From contig JBCNUW010000001.1 of NCBI GenBank assembly GCA_039630575.1, positions 64,659 to 128,658 of the forward strand: a DNA stretch of 64,000 nt. Reading direction: 5' to 3'. The DNA comes from Candidatus Hydrothermales bacterium. Lineage in GTDB: Bacteria; Hydrothermota; Hydrothermia; Hydrothermales; JAJRUZ01. Position 1 is the stretch's first letter. The number at the start of each line of letters is the position of its first letter. The notes beneath the pieces are model-generated. The model was not told where the DNA came from and did no database searches. It saw only the letters and a list, made by a program, of their open reading frames with translations. This document shows, one piece after another, positions 1 to 10,775 of this stretch. Made by a program: the position numbers and the translations under genes.

Positions 1-875
1 CTTTAAAGAGGATTCTTTATAATTCTTCTGAATTTCCTGCTCCTTACGATGAAATTGTAGGTATTGAGAATATAGATAAAGTTATTAATATAGATCAATC
101 ACCAATAGGAAGAACACCAAGATCAAACCCTGCAACCTATACAGGAGTTTTTTCACCTATAAGGGATCTTTTTGCTTCCCTTCCTGAAAGCAAAATGAGG
201 GGGTATAAACCTGGGAGATTCTCCTTTAACGTTAAAGGAGGTAGATGCGAAGCTTGTGAAGGTCAGGGCTATAATGTTATTGATATGCTTTTTTTACCAA
301 GTGTTCATGTTCCTTGTGAAGTTTGTAAAGGAAATAGGTACAATAGAGAAACATTAGAAATTAAATTTAAAGGTAAAAGTATAGCCGATGTTTTAGACAT
401 GTCTGTAAAAGAAGCTTACGAGTTTTTTGAAAATGTTCCAGTAATTAAAAGGAAGTTAGATCTTTTAATAAGCGTTGGTCTTTCTTATATAAAACTTGGA
501 CAACCTGCAACAACACTCTCTGGTGGTGAGGCACAAAGAATAAAACTTTCAAAAGAACTTTCTAAGGTTGCTACAGGTAAAACTCTTTATATTCTTGATG
601 AGCCAACAACAGGACTTCATTTAGACGATATAAAAAAGCTTTTAAATGTCTTACAGCTACTAGTTGATAAAGGTAACACCGTTATAGTAATTGAACATCA
701 GCTTGATGTAATAAAATCTGCTGATTGGGTTATAGATTTGGGTCCTGAAGGGGGAGATAAAGGCGGTTTTATTGTTGAAGAAGGTCCACCAGAAAAAATT
801 GCAAGTTGCCCAAAGTCTTACACAGGTAAATTTTTAAAAAGAATATTGAAATTGGAGGAAAAAATAAAAGTATGA
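1..875 (+). CDS. uvrA: Excinuclease ABC subunit A, 5'-partial (frame open from the window edge)
   Basis: Frame from position 3 reads ...[19 protein letters not shown]; CxxC zinc finger, [11 protein letters not shown] signature, LDEPTTGLH. Confidence 0.97.
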   Translation, partial: LKRILYNSSEFPAPYDEIVGIENIDKVINIDQSPIGRTPRSNPATYTGVFSPIRDLFASLPESKMRGYKPGRFSFNVKGGRCEACEGQGYNVIDMLFLPSVHVPCEVCKGNRYNRETLEIKFKGKSIADVLDMSVKEAYEFFENVPVIKRKLDLLISVGLSYIKLGQPATTLSGGEAQRIKLSKELSKVATGKTLYILDEPTTGLHLDDIKKLLNVLQLLVDKGNTVIVIEHQLDVIKSADWVIDLGPEGGDKGGFIVEEGPPEKIASCPKSYTGKFLKRILKLEEKIKV

Positions 876-1726
876 AAAATATTTACGATTTTATTGAAAA
901 AGAAGAACTTATTAAAATTGTGAAAAGGGCTCTTAAAGAAGATATTGGCAAAAAGGATTTAACTAGCGATTTGATTTTTAAAGATTACGAAAAAGCAAGA
1001 TTTTCATTAATTTCAAAAAAAGAAGGAATATTATGTGGCACAGAAGTTTTTAATTTAGTTTTTAAAGTTTTAGATGAAAATACCTTTATAAAATGGAATA
1101 AAAATGAGGGAGAAATTTTTAATAAAAATGAAAAAGTTGCTGTTTTAGAAGGAAAAATTAAACAAATTTTAAAGGGTGAAAGGGTAGCTTTAAACTTTCT
1201 TTCGCATCTTTCAGGTATTTCAACTCAAGTTTTCAAATTGAAAAACAAAGCTGGAGATTTGATAATAAAAGATACAAGGAAAACAATACCGTTAATAAGG
1301 AGATTACAAAAATACGCTCATTTTGTAGGTGGAGGAGAAAATCACAGAATGACTCTTTCAGAGGCTGTTATGATAAAAGACAACCATAAAAAATTAAAAG
1401 GTTTGGAAGAAATATTAAATATAATAAAAAGAAAAAAGTTAGAGAAAAAAGTTATTTTAGAAGTGGAAAATTTGGAAGAATTCAAACTAGCCCTTAAATA
1501 CAATATAAAATATGTAATATTGGACAACATGAATATTGAAGATATAAAAAAAGCTGTAGAAATAGGTAAAAATAACGTATTTATAGAAGCAAGCGGCAAC
1601 ATAAACTTTGAAAATATTGAAATGTATAAAGATACTGGAATAAACGCTGTTTCGTGTGGTTTTTTAACTCATTCTGTCAAAATCATTGATTTTTCTCTTG
1701 AGGCGGAGGAGGTTATATATGAATGA
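872..1726 (+). CDS. nadC: Nicotinate-nucleotide pyrophosphorylase (QPRTase)
   Basis: DTRKT, HRxxL, MIKDNH, LDN and EASG motifs; adjacent to nadA. Confidence 0.95.
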   Translation: MKNIYDFIEKEELIKIVKRALKEDIGKKDLTSDLIFKDYEKARFSLISKKEGILCGTEVFNLVFKVLDENTFIKWNKNEGEIFNKNEKVAVLEGKIKQILKGERVALNFLSHLSGISTQVFKLKNKAGDLIIKDTRKTIPLIRRLQKYAHFVGGGENHRMTLSEAVMIKDNHKKLKGLEEILNIIKRKKLEKKVILEVENLEEFKLALKYNIKYVILDNMNIEDIKKAVEIGKNNVFIEASGNINFENIEMYKDTGINAVSCGFLTHSVKIIDFSLEAEEVIYE

Positions 1727-2660
1727 AAAAAATAAAATAATTGAGAAAATTCTTTATCTTAAAGAAAAAAAAGATGTTTTAATTTTGGCTCATAATTATC
1801 AAATTCCTGAAATACAAGATTTAGCTGACTTTGTTGGTGATTCTCTTGCCTTATCGCAAAAAGCTAAAGAAACTAATAGATCCATTATAGTTCTATGTGG
1901 AGTTCTTTTTATGGCTGAAACAGCAAAGATTTTAAATCCAGAAAAAAAAGTTCTTATTCCTGATCCTGAAGCAGGTTGTTCTTTAGTAAACAGTATAACA
2001 TTACAAGATTTAATAAAGTGGAAAGAAAAACACCCAAAAGCAGTTGTTGTTGGTTACATAAATACCTCTGCTGAAATTAAGGCTGAATGTGATTATATAT
2101 GTACCTCAAGCAATGCTGTAAAAGTCGTTGAATCAATACCGGAAGATGTAGAGATTCTCTTTCTACCTGATATGTTTCTTGGTTTATATGTAAAAGCGAA
2201 AACAAATAGAAAGAATATACATATATGGCCAGGTGAATGCCATGTCCATGCTGCGATAAGGATTGAAGACATAAAAAAAGCACACAAAGAACATCAAGAA
2301 GCAGAACTTCTAATCCACCCAGAATGCGGTTGTTCCTCTTCATGTATGTATCTCGTTCAGGATGGATTGTTAAAAGGAGAAATACTCTCCACTAGTGGAA
2401 TGATCTCCTATGCTAAAAAGTCTAATTCTCATGAATTCATTATTGCGACTGAAACAGGTATTTTACATCCTCTAAGAAAAACTCTTCCAAACAAAAAATT
2501 TTATCCTGTAAATGAAAATGCTGTTTGTGAGTATATGAAAAAAATAACGCCTCATAAATTACTAAAGAGTATTGAAGAAGAAATTTACGAAATAAACCTT
2601 GATGAGAAAATTTTAAAAAAAGCTCAAAATGCTATTGAGAAGATGCTTTCTATTACCTAA
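1719..2660 (+). CDS. nadA: Quinolinate synthase A
   Basis: LAHNYQ, CGVxFMAE, AGCS, YIN, HPEC motifs; start placed at ATG 1719 after GGAGG. Confidence 0.95.
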   Translation: MNEKNKIIEKILYLKEKKDVLILAHNYQIPEIQDLADFVGDSLALSQKAKETNRSIIVLCGVLFMAETAKILNPEKKVLIPDPEAGCSLVNSITLQDLIKWKEKHPKAVVVGYINTSAEIKAECDYICTSSNAVKVVESIPEDVEILFLPDMFLGLYVKAKTNRKNIHIWPGECHVHAAIRIEDIKKAHKEHQEAELLIHPECGCSSSCMYLVQDGLLKGEILSTSGMISYAKKSNSHEFIIATETGILHPLRKTLPNKKFYPVNENAVCEYMKKITPHKLLKSIEEEIYEINLDEKILKKAQNAIEKMLSIT

Positions 2661-2670
2661 AGTAAGAAAT

Positions 2671-3513
2671 CTATAGAACTACTTCTTCTCTTCTATCAGA
2701 GTGACATTGAATATTAACTGATACAGGTAAAGATGTTATGTGGCAAGGATAAACTTCAATATGAACATCTAAGGCTGTTATTCTGCCACCCAAACCCATA
2801 GGGCCTATTCCTAATTTATTAATTTCTTCAAGAAGCTCTTCCTCAAACTCTGCATAGAAAGGATCAGGATGTCTCTGTCCCAAAGGTCTTACAGTTGCTT
2901 TCTTTGCTAAAAAAGCTGAATATTCAAAGGTTCCACCTATGCCGACTCCAACTATAATAGGTGGACAGGGATTTGCCCCAGCATTTTTTACGGTCTCTAT
3001 TACAAATTTCTTTATACCCTCTTTTCCCTCTCCAGGAAGTAGCATCTTAAATGCACTCATGTTCTCACTTCCACCACCTTTTGGCTCTAAAATTATTCTT
3101 AACTTATCTCCTTTTACCATATCGAAATGAATTACCGGTGGAGTATTGTTTCCAGTATTTTTTCTCCTAATAGGATCAGCGACTATAGACTTTCTTAAAT
3201 AACCCTCAGTGTAACCTCTTCTTATTCCTTCAATCAAGGCATCTTTCAACGAACCACCTTCAATCTTTACATCTTCTCCTATTTCCACAAATAATACTGC
3301 AAATCCAGTATCTTGGCAAAGAGGAATTGAGTCTCTCTTTGCTATCTCAATATTCTCTAATATTTGTGATAAAATTGCTTTACCAAAATCTGATTCTTCA
3401 TTTTCGTACGCCCTTTTCAAAGCTTCTACCACATCAGGTTTTAATTCATGAGTTGCTTTCATACACATATTTTTTACTTCTTCAACAATCTTTTCATACT
3501 TTATTATCTTCAT
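2671..3513 (-). CDS. Class I fumarate hydratase / tartrate dehydratase alpha subunit
   Basis: PLCQDTG, KGGGSEN, ANPCPP, PCHI, QCH motifs. Confidence 0.9.
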   Translation of the reverse strand: MKIIKYEKIVEEVKNMCMKATHELKPDVVEALKRAYENEESDFGKAILSQILENIEIAKRDSIPLCQDTGFAVLFVEIGEDVKIEGGSLKDALIEGIRRGYTEGYLRKSIVADPIRRKNTGNNTPPVIHFDMVKGDKLRIILEPKGGGSENMSAFKMLLPGEGKEGIKKFVIETVKNAGANPCPPIIVGVGIGGTFEYSAFLAKKATVRPLGQRHPDPFYAEFEEELLEEINKLGIGPMGLGGRITALDVHIEVYPCHITSLPVSVNIQCHSDRREEVVL

Positions 3514-4360
3514 TTAATACCTCCTTTATAATATTATAATTATAATCTGAACTTTCAATCTTTAATAAATACTCGTTATCATTTTGATTTCTAATCTGTA
3601 TTCTACTAATTCTTCTACACATAAAATTATCCTTTTTTAATTCTATTAAGCAACCATCAAGTCCCAACTTTGAGTTAGAAGGGCTAAAGGGATAAGGTAT
3701 ACCACTCAAAAATCTGTTTATAATAGATTCTTTCTCTCCCCCAATCACAGAATCAAAACCACCTGTCATTCCAACGTCTGTTATATATCCGGTACCTTTA
3801 GGTAAAATTATATTATCTGAAGTTTGTATGTGAGTATGTGTACCAACAATTGCAGAAACTTTTCCATCTGCATAAAAAGCAAAAGCAACCTTTTCTGAAG
3901 TGGCTTCAGCATGGAAATCAACAATAATAGGGAGTTTTATCTTTCTCAAAGTTTCATCAAATTTTTTAAAAGGACACTCTAATGGATTAATGAACACTCT
4001 TCCCATTAAATTTATAACATAAAGCTCTATACCTTGGACATTAAACTTTGCATATCCTCTCCCAGGGGCTAAATCTGGATAATTTAAAGGTCTCAATATA
4101 TTTTCCTTTGTATCAATCCATTTTAAAATATCTTTTTTATCCCAAATATGATTTCCACTTGTTAAACAGTTCACACCACAGTTTACAATCTCGTTAAAAA
4201 TTTTCTCTGTTATTCCACTTCCATGAGCAGCATTTTCAACATTTGTAATAATAAAATTGATCTCCAAATATTTTTTTAGTAGGGGAATAAATTTCTTAAG
4301 AGCGATCCTTCCAGGTTTACCAACTACATCACCTATAAAGAGAATATTAAGGGTGTCCAC
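3494..4360 (-). CDS. YmdB-like (TIGR00282) metallophosphoesterase
   Basis: GDVVG, NxEN, TSGNH, DFHAEATSEK, GTHTH, DVGMTG. Confidence 0.92.
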   Translation of the reverse strand: MDTLNILFIGDVVGKPGRIALKKFIPLLKKYLEINFIITNVENAAHGSGITEKIFNEIVNCGVNCLTSGNHIWDKKDILKWIDTKENILRPLNYPDLAPGRGYAKFNVQGIELYVINLMGRVFINPLECPFKKFDETLRKIKLPIIVDFHAEATSEKVAFAFYADGKVSAIVGTHTHIQTSDNIILPKGTGYITDVGMTGGFDSVIGGEKESIINRFLSGIPYPFSPSNSKLGLDGCLIELKKDNFMCRRISRIQIRNQNDNEYLLKIESSDYNYNIIKEVLNEDNKV

Positions 4361-4994
4361 TTATGTATATTTTCTTTGCTAAAACAAGGTCATTAAATAA
4401 ATTTTCTTCCTCCTCAGGGTTTTTCAAAACTCTTGATGGATGTATTGTTATAATCACCTTACTTTTTCCATACTCATAGATAACACCTCTTTCCCTTTTT
4501 ACCGAAATTTTCTTTCCAGTTAAAATATATGATGCGTATCTTCCGAGAGCAACTATAACTTTTGGTTTCAAAATTTCAATTTGTTTTTCTAAGTAAGGAA
4601 AACACATTTTTAGTTCATTTTCCTCAGGATCTCTGTTCATTGGCGGTCTACATTTTATGGTATTTGTAACATAAACTCCTTCTCTTCTTATACCTGCCCT
4701 TCGCATAATATCATTCAATTTTTTTCCTGCTTTTCCAACAAAAGGTAAACTTCTTTTATCTTCTTCCTGTCCAGGTGCCTCCCCCACCATTAAAAAACCT
4801 GTCAGAGGATTACCATGACCAAAAACAACATTAGTTCTTGTTTTACTGAGAGGGCATTTTTTACACTTCAAAACAAATTTCTCTAATCTTTCTAATGCTT
4901 CAGTAACTTTTAAAGTGTTTTTCTCTAAAATTAAATTCTTTTCCCCTATTAAATCCCTAAGGTAAAAAATAGTGTCATAGGTACTTAAACTCAT
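4347..4994 (-). CDS. Family 4 uracil-DNA glycosylase (4Fe-4S)
   Basis: CxxC, GEAPG, PFVG, KCRPP, HPS motifs. Confidence 0.92.
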   Translation of the reverse strand: MSLSTYDTIFYLRDLIGEKNLILEKNTLKVTEALERLEKFVLKCKKCPLSKTRTNVVFGHGNPLTGFLMVGEAPGQEEDKRSLPFVGKAGKKLNDIMRRAGIRREGVYVTNTIKCRPPMNRDPEENELKMCFPYLEKQIEILKPKVIVALGRYASYILTGKKISVKRERGVIYEYGKSKVIITIHPSRVLKNPEEEENLFNDLVLAKKIYISGHP

Positions 4995-6163
4995 TGAGAT
5001 AGAAGTTCGGAAATTTTCTTTACAATTCTGAAGGCAGCTTTCATTTTAGATAATTCTCCCTCATCTATTACTTCTTTATTTTTATTTATAATTTTAAAAT
5101 CTATGTTGTCTGAAGAAATGGTTTTTATTGTATTTAATATTATAACATCAAGATTTTTCTCCCTGAGTTTTTTGTAGGCAACTTCAACATCAGGTTTCTC
5201 TTCAAGCGCAAATCCTATTAATTTTGTTTTCTTTTTCAAACTCGATAAACTTTTTAAAACATCTGGGTTTTCCTCAAGTTCTATCTTTAATTTCCTTCTG
5301 TTCTTTTTTATCTTTCCTTCAAATTTTTTCTTTGGTCTAAAATCAGATAAAGCAGCACACATGATTAGAGCATCGTATTCACCTTTAATTAGCTCACCCT
5401 TTAAGTTTTCTAAAAACTCTAAAGTAGAATTTAATCTGATTACATCTGGAGGAATTTCGAAATCTGTTTTTCCGGCAAATACCTTCAAGTTAGCACCGGC
5501 AATCTTTAAAACTTTATAAAGCGATAAACCCATCTTTCCAGAAGACCTATTAGTAATCACTCTTACATCATCTATCTCTTCTTCGGTTCTACCAAAGGTT
5601 AACAAAATTTTTTTACCTTTTAGTCTATTAATTAGTTCAATATAAGATTCGATTTCTTTTAAAAGTTCTACTGGCTCTTTAAGTCTTCCTTTACCCACAG
5701 TAAGATCTGACATTTCTCCTTCCACAGGTTCTATTATGAAAACTCCCATTCTTTCAAGATTTAACAGATGATTCTGTAATATTTCATTTTGATAAAGAGT
5801 TGGATGCATACAAGGAGCTACTATTTTGGGAAGGTTAGCTGAATGAAATACAAGAGAAAGTAAGTCATCAGCAAGTCCAACTGAAGCTTTTGTTATAAAA
5901 TTAAAGGTAGCAGGAATTATAGCAACTAAATCACATTCTCTTGCTAATCTAATGTGTATAGGTGTCTTATTTTCGTTTTCTTCAAACATATCATAGTACA
6001 CTTTTTCGTTTAGAAGAGATGTAAGGGATAAAGGGGTGACAAATTTAAGGGCACTTTGAGTTAAAACTGGAATAACTCTATGTCCTCTCTTAAGTAAAAG
6101 CCTAGATAATTCAATAGCTTTAAAGGCAGCAATACTTCCTGTTATACCCATCAGTATATTCAA
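4991..6163 (-). CDS. coaBC: Phosphopantothenoylcysteine decarboxylase/ligase
   Basis: GITGSIAAFKA, PAT, NRSSGKMG, AALSDF motifs. Confidence 0.93.
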   Translation of the reverse strand: MNILMGITGSIAAFKAIELSRLLLKRGHRVIPVLTQSALKFVTPLSLTSLLNEKVYYDMFEENENKTPIHIRLARECDLVAIIPATFNFITKASVGLADDLLSLVFHSANLPKIVAPCMHPTLYQNEILQNHLLNLERMGVFIIEPVEGEMSDLTVGKGRLKEPVELLKEIESYIELINRLKGKKILLTFGRTEEEIDDVRVITNRSSGKMGLSLYKVLKIAGANLKVFAGKTDFEIPPDVIRLNSTLEFLENLKGELIKGEYDALIMCAALSDFRPKKKFEGKIKKNRRKLKIELEENPDVLKSLSSLKKKTKLIGFALEEKPDVEVAYKKLREKNLDVIILNTIKTISSDNIDFKIINKNKEVIDEGELSKMKAAFRIVKKISELLSQ

Positions 6164-6375
6164 GGTCCAACCTTCCTTGTCTCAACTTCACCTTTTTCAA
6201 AGTTTGAAAGAGCTTCACTAATTGCCTTCTTGCCGGGAGATTCTACCCCAATTTCAAAAATTTCTTTTAGTATTCTTCTTGTTTCTCTCATAATTATAAC
6301 AAGGGATCTAAATTTATTTTTGTCATTTTTTAAAATTTCTTCAATAGAGAATTCTTTTAAGTTCTTTTTCTCCAT
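6160..6375 (-). CDS. rpoZ: Probable RNA polymerase omega subunit
   Basis: 71 aa; NKFxxLVxxxRETRRI...KAISEALxxFxxG resembles the omega pattern; usual position upstream of coaBC. Confidence 0.65.
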   Translation of the reverse strand: MEKKNLKEFSIEEILKNDKNKFRSLVIIMRETRRILKEIFEIGVESPGKKAISEALSNFEKGEVETRKVGP

Positions 6376-6387
6376 CTAATTTTTTGA

Positions 6388-6460
6388 TGGGCCGTCCGGG
6401 ATTCGAACCCGGGACCCCTGGATTAAAAATCCAGTGCTCTTCCTCCTGAGCTAACGGCCC
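6388..6460 (-). tRNA. tRNA-Lys (anticodon UUU), CCA not encoded
   Basis: Acceptor GGGCCGT/ACGGCCC, D-arm GCTC/GAGC, anticodon arm CTGGA-TTTTTAA-TCCAG, T-arm CCGGG-TTCGAAT-CCCGG. Confidence 0.95.
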
Positions 6461-6484
6461 TGGTTTTTTATTATAATATTTATA

Positions 6485-6883
6485 ATGAAAAAAATTCAAG
6501 CAGAGTTTCTTGAAATTTACAAATTAGCCCTTAAAGCAAAAAAGAGAGCTTATGCGCCGTACTCAAATTTTAAAGTTGGTGCTGCACTGAAAACAAAGTC
6601 AGGTAAAATTTACACCGCTTCTAATGTAGAAAATTCTTCTTTTGGTTTAACTGTATGTGCAGAAAGAATAGCTATTTTTAAAGCAGTTAATGATGGTTAT
6701 AAGGATTTTAAAATTATAGCTGTTTGTGCTGATAAAGAAGTATTTCCATGTGGTGCCTGTTTACAAGTTATGAATGAATTTTCACCTGAGTTAAAAATTC
6801 TTCTTAAAATTGAGGGAAATTTAAAAGTTTTTAAATTAAAAGAGCTCTTGCCTTTTGGTTTTGAAAAAGATTTTTCCTTATAA
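6485..6883 (+). CDS. cdd: Cytidine deaminase
   Basis: AYAPYSNF, NVEN, CAERxA, PCGACxQ. Confidence 0.95.
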   Translation: MKKIQAEFLEIYKLALKAKKRAYAPYSNFKVGAALKTKSGKIYTASNVENSSFGLTVCAERIAIFKAVNDGYKDFKIIAVCADKEVFPCGACLQVMNEFSPELKILLKIEGNLKVFKLKELLPFGFEKDFSL

Positions 6884-6889
6884 TAAAGC

Positions 6890-7246
6890 ATGGCAATAAT
6901 AAGGTTAATATTTGGCCTTGTAGTTTTTTTCTTTCTGCTTTTTGTTTTTCTTCAAAATGCTGAAGAGCGTGTAAACCTTCATTTTCTGCAATACTCTTTC
7001 ACCAATTTACCACTTTTCTGGGTTATTTTCTTTTCCTTTCTTGCTGGATCCCTATTTGTAGTTATTCTTGCAATTTATCAAGAAATAAGATTTCGATTCA
7101 AAATTTTTAAAAAAAATATTGAAATAAAAAACTTAAGAAGAGAAGTAAACGAGCTTAGAAAAATGTTAACCGAAGAAACAAGTTTTGAAACTCAAAGCCA
7201 TTTGGAAACCCAAAATCAAGAGAAAAAAGAAAAGGAAGAGGAATGA
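6890..7246 (+). CDS. lapA: LapA-family membrane protein
   Basis: Two TM segments, FxxQN motif, C-terminal coiled coil; precedes a lapB-like gene. Confidence 0.75.
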   Translation: MAIIRLIFGLVVFFFLLFVFLQNAEERVNLHFLQYSFTNLPLFWVIFFSFLAGSLFVVILAIYQEIRFRFKIFKKNIEIKNLRREVNELRKMLTEETSFETQSHLETQNQEKKEKEEE

Positions 7247-7249
7247 ATT

Positions 7250-8254
7250 ATGAAATTTTTTAATATTTTTAAAAAAAATTATGCCATTGATAGACTAATA
7301 AGGAGATTTAAAAGGGGTAAGGATTTAGACTTTGAGGAATATCTCAAACTAGGTGATTATTACAGAGAAAACGGTTTTTATGCTAAAGCCCTGAGAGTTC
7401 ATCTTAGTTTAGATATAAAAAAAGATCTTACGGATTTGCAGAGAGCAAGACTAAATAAATCACTAGGATTAGATTACTTAAACTTATATCAATATAAAGA
7501 GGCAATTGATCGTTTTATAAAGGCTGATAATTACTACAAGGGAGAGGATGAAGAAACAAGAAATGGTCTCCTTAAGGCTTACGAATTTTCAGGTGACTGG
7601 GACTCCGCTTGTGAGCTAAAAAAAGAAATTTTAATTTCAAACAAGATTTATTCTGAGGAAAAAATGGCAAGATACTACCTTTATGCAGCTGAGGATCTGA
7701 TAAAAAGAGAAAATCATAAAAAGGCTAAAAAATTTTTAAGGGAAGCGTTAAAGTTAATGGAAAACATAAATGAAACTTACTATTTTTTGGCTGAAGTTGA
7801 AGAAAATCTGATAAAGAAACTTGAATATTATGAGAAAATTTCTGATAAATTTCCATACTTAGTTTACCGGAAATTAGTAAAATTAAAAGAAAAGTTCTTT
7901 GAGCAGGGAAAAATGTTAGAACTTTTCAACTTTGTTAAAAAAAGTGAAAATACCTATTTAAAGGCTTTTTTAGTTTCTCTTTTAATTCAAAAGGGGGAGT
8001 ATGAGGAGGCAAAAAGTATTATAAAAAACTTAATTTCAGAAAATGATGAAATCTTTCTAAACATCTATCTTTTGATTCAATCAGTTGAACTTAATTTAGA
8101 AGAGGAAACCCTTAAATTAGTTAGAAGAATAGAAAGGGATCTAAAAGAATTAACTTTTATATGTACATCATGTAAAAAAGAATTCAAAGAATATAGATTT
8201 AGATGTGAAAACTGTGGTAAGACAAAGAAACTAGTTTTAAAAATAAATATTTAA
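7250..8254 (+). CDS. lapB: LapB-like TPR protein with C-terminal rubredoxin-type Cys pairs
   Basis: TPR-like helices (LGDYYRENG, LGLDY); C-terminal CTSC...CENC; follows lapA. Confidence 0.7.
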   Translation: MKFFNIFKKNYAIDRLIRRFKRGKDLDFEEYLKLGDYYRENGFYAKALRVHLSLDIKKDLTDLQRARLNKSLGLDYLNLYQYKEAIDRFIKADNYYKGEDEETRNGLLKAYEFSGDWDSACELKKEILISNKIYSEEKMARYYLYAAEDLIKRENHKKAKKFLREALKLMENINETYYFLAEVEENLIKKLEYYEKISDKFPYLVYRKLVKLKEKFFEQGKMLELFNFVKKSENTYLKAFLVSLLIQKGEYEEAKSIIKNLISENDEIFLNIYLLIQSVELNLEEETLKLVRRIERDLKELTFICTSCKKEFKEYRFRCENCGKTKKLVLKINI

Positions 8255-10746
8255 TGGAATTAACTCCACTACTAAAGCAGTATCAAAAAATTAAAAGGGA
8301 TTATTCTAAAGAGCTTTTATTTTTCAGGATGGGAGACTTTTATGAACTTTTTTACGAAGATGCAAAAATAGCAGCAAAAGAACTTGGAATTGCTCTCACC
8401 TCTAAACCTTTTGGTAAAAACCTAAGGGTACCACTTGCAGGAGTTCCTGTCAAAGCAGCTGAAGGCTATATTAAAGAATTGCTTAAAAAGGGCTATACGA
8501 TTGCAATTTGTGAACAAGTAGAAGAAGGAAAAGATTTAATGTTAAGAGAAGTAGTTGAGGTAATCACACCAGGGACAATAACATTACCTTCTCTTTTGTC
8601 TCCGGATCAAAATATTTACATTTTATCTTTATATCCATCAAATAAAAAAACCTTTGGTATTGCATATACTGACATAACCACCTTTGAACTAAGGTCAGGA
8701 ATTTTAGAGGGAGAAAGTTTACATAATTTTCTCCTTAGCTTAAAACCTAAAGAGATTCTCGCACCACATGAATTCAGTTTAGATGGTTTTTTTTTAAGCA
8801 ACTTTGATGAAACCCTTTACAGTGTTGAAAGTGCGGAAGAAAGAATAAAAAATTTTTTTGGTATTAAAAGTTTAGATGGTTTTGGAATAAAAAAAGATGT
8901 TAACCTTATTGCACTTTCCCATTTACTTGATTACCTTACATTAAAAAAGAAAACTGGACTTGAAAATTTAAGATTAAAGCCTCTTGAAGAAAGTGAATTT
9001 TTAATTTTAGATGCTACAACAGTTAAAAATCTTGAACTTGTAGATAAAATTCACCCTGAAAGTCAATCTCTTTATGAAACTTTAAACTTTACAAAGACAG
9101 CTTTAGGATCAAGATTTTTTAAAAAAAATTTACTTTTTCCTTTAAAAGACAAAGAAAAAATAAAAGAAAGACATCAAGCAGTAGAGGAAATAATTGAAAA
9201 ACCTTATTTAAGAAAAACTATCTCAGAAATCTTAGAAGATTTTGTAGATTTTGAAAGGGTACTTTCAAGAGTCGCAAGACTTAAAGCTTCTCCCTCTGAA
9301 GTCTATAAGTTATCACAAAATTTTATAGATCTTTTTAAACTAAAGGAAGCTCTGAATACTGCAAACAGTAAAATTCTTAGAGAAATATCCGGAAATTTAC
9401 ATGACTTAAGAGATCTTGCACAGTTGATCTTTAGTTATTTAAAGGAGAATCCTTCATATCCTGGTGATGGAAACTGTATAAAAAGAGGAGTTTCTGCAGA
9501 ACTTGATGAGCTAATAGAGATAAAAATTAATTCTTCACAGAAATTGAAAGAATTAGAGGAAAAAGAAAAAAGAGCCACAGGAATTCCAAATCTAAGGATA
9601 AAATACAATCAAGTTTTTGGCTTCTTCATCGAAATTACTAAGTCCTATATAGATCGTGTTCCAGAATATTATGAAAGAAAGCAAACTCTAACAAATTCTG
9701 AGAGATTTATCACAGAGGAACTTAAAAGTTTAGAAGTTAAGATCCTTTCAGCAGAAGATAGGATAAAAGAGATAGAAACTTTCCTTTATGAGGAGCTACT
9801 AAAAAAAATTATGGAAGAAAAAGAAAAAATTTTAGATATCTCAGAAAATATTGCACTTTTAGATCTTCTTTTAAGTTTTTCAGAATCGGCTATAAAGTTT
9901 AAATATGTAAAGCCAGAAATCTCAGAAGAAAAGGAGATTGTTTTAAAAAATTCAAGACACCCTGTGGTTGAGCAGAGAGTCAAGGAGTTTATCCCAAACG
10001 ATGTACTTATAACTCCTGATAACTTTTTTCAAATAATAACTGGTCCAAATATGGGAGGAAAATCGACCTATATAAGACAGGTTGCTCTATGCACCATACT
10101 TGCCCAAATTGGTTCTTTTATTCCAGCGGAGGAGGGAAAAATTGGAATTGTAGATAGGATATTTACAAGAATAGGATCATCAGATGATTTGGCAAGAGGT
10201 ATATCTACATTTTATTCTGAAATGCTTGAAGTATCCCAGATATTAAATAATGCAACAGAAAGGAGTTTGATTTTACTTGATGAGATTGGACGTGGAACTT
10301 CAACATATGACGGTTTATCTATAGCTTGGGCTGTTTCTGAAGATATAATAAAAAGAATCAAAGCAAGAACCTTATTTGCAACACACTATCATGAGCTTAC
10401 AAGTCTTAAAGACAATTATCAAGTTGTAAAGAATTTATATACTTTAGTTAAAGAATGGAAGGGAGAAGTTATTTTTCTAAGGAAAATAATTGAAGGGTCT
10501 ATGGATAGGAGTTATGGGATATATGTTGCCAAACTTGCAGGAATCCCAAAACATGTTATAGAAAGAGCAAGAGAAATTTTAATAAATTTTGAGAATAAAA
10601 GAAAAGTGTTAAAGTTTAACAAAAAACAGCTTGAACTTTTTGAAAAACCTGATCCTTTAAGAGATTTTATTGAAAAGGTAAATCCTGATGAATTATCACC
10701 AAGAGATGCTCTTGAATTAATATATAAATTAAAGAAATTACAATAA
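8254..10746 (+). CDS. mutS: DNA mismatch repair protein MutS
   Basis: FFRMGDFYELF, TGPNMGGKSTY, DEIGRGTST, FATHYHEL. Confidence 0.98.
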   Translation: MELTPLLKQYQKIKRDYSKELLFFRMGDFYELFYEDAKIAAKELGIALTSKPFGKNLRVPLAGVPVKAAEGYIKELLKKGYTIAICEQVEEGKDLMLREVVEVITPGTITLPSLLSPDQNIYILSLYPSNKKTFGIAYTDITTFELRSGILEGESLHNFLLSLKPKEILAPHEFSLDGFFLSNFDETLYSVESAEERIKNFFGIKSLDGFGIKKDVNLIALSHLLDYLTLKKKTGLENLRLKPLEESEFLILDATTVKNLELVDKIHPESQSLYETLNFTKTALGSRFFKKNLLFPLKDKEKIKERHQAVEEIIEKPYLRKTISEILEDFVDFERVLSRVARLKASPSEVYKLSQNFIDLFKLKEALNTANSKILREISGNLHDLRDLAQLIFSYLKENPSYPGDGNCIKRGVSAELDELIEIKINSSQKLKELEEKEKRATGIPNLRIKYNQVFGFFIEITKSYIDRVPEYYERKQTLTNSERFITEELKSLEVKILSAEDRIKEIETFLYEELLKKIMEEKEKILDISENIALLDLLLSFSESAIKFKYVKPEISEEKEIVLKNSRHPVVEQRVKEFIPNDVLITPDNFFQIITGPNMGGKSTYIRQVALCTILAQIGSFIPAEEGKIGIVDRIFTRIGSSDDLARGISTFYSEMLEVSQILNNATERSLILLDEIGRGTSTYDGLSIAWAVSEDIIKRIKARTLFATHYHELTSLKDNYQVVKNLYTLVKEWKGEVIFLRKIIEGSMDRSYGIYVAKLAGIPKHVIERAREILINFENKRKVLKFNKKQLELFEKPDPLRDFIEKVNPDELSPRDALELIYKLKKLQ

Positions 10747-10775
10747 GGTTCAATTCCAACATTTTTTAAGATTTT

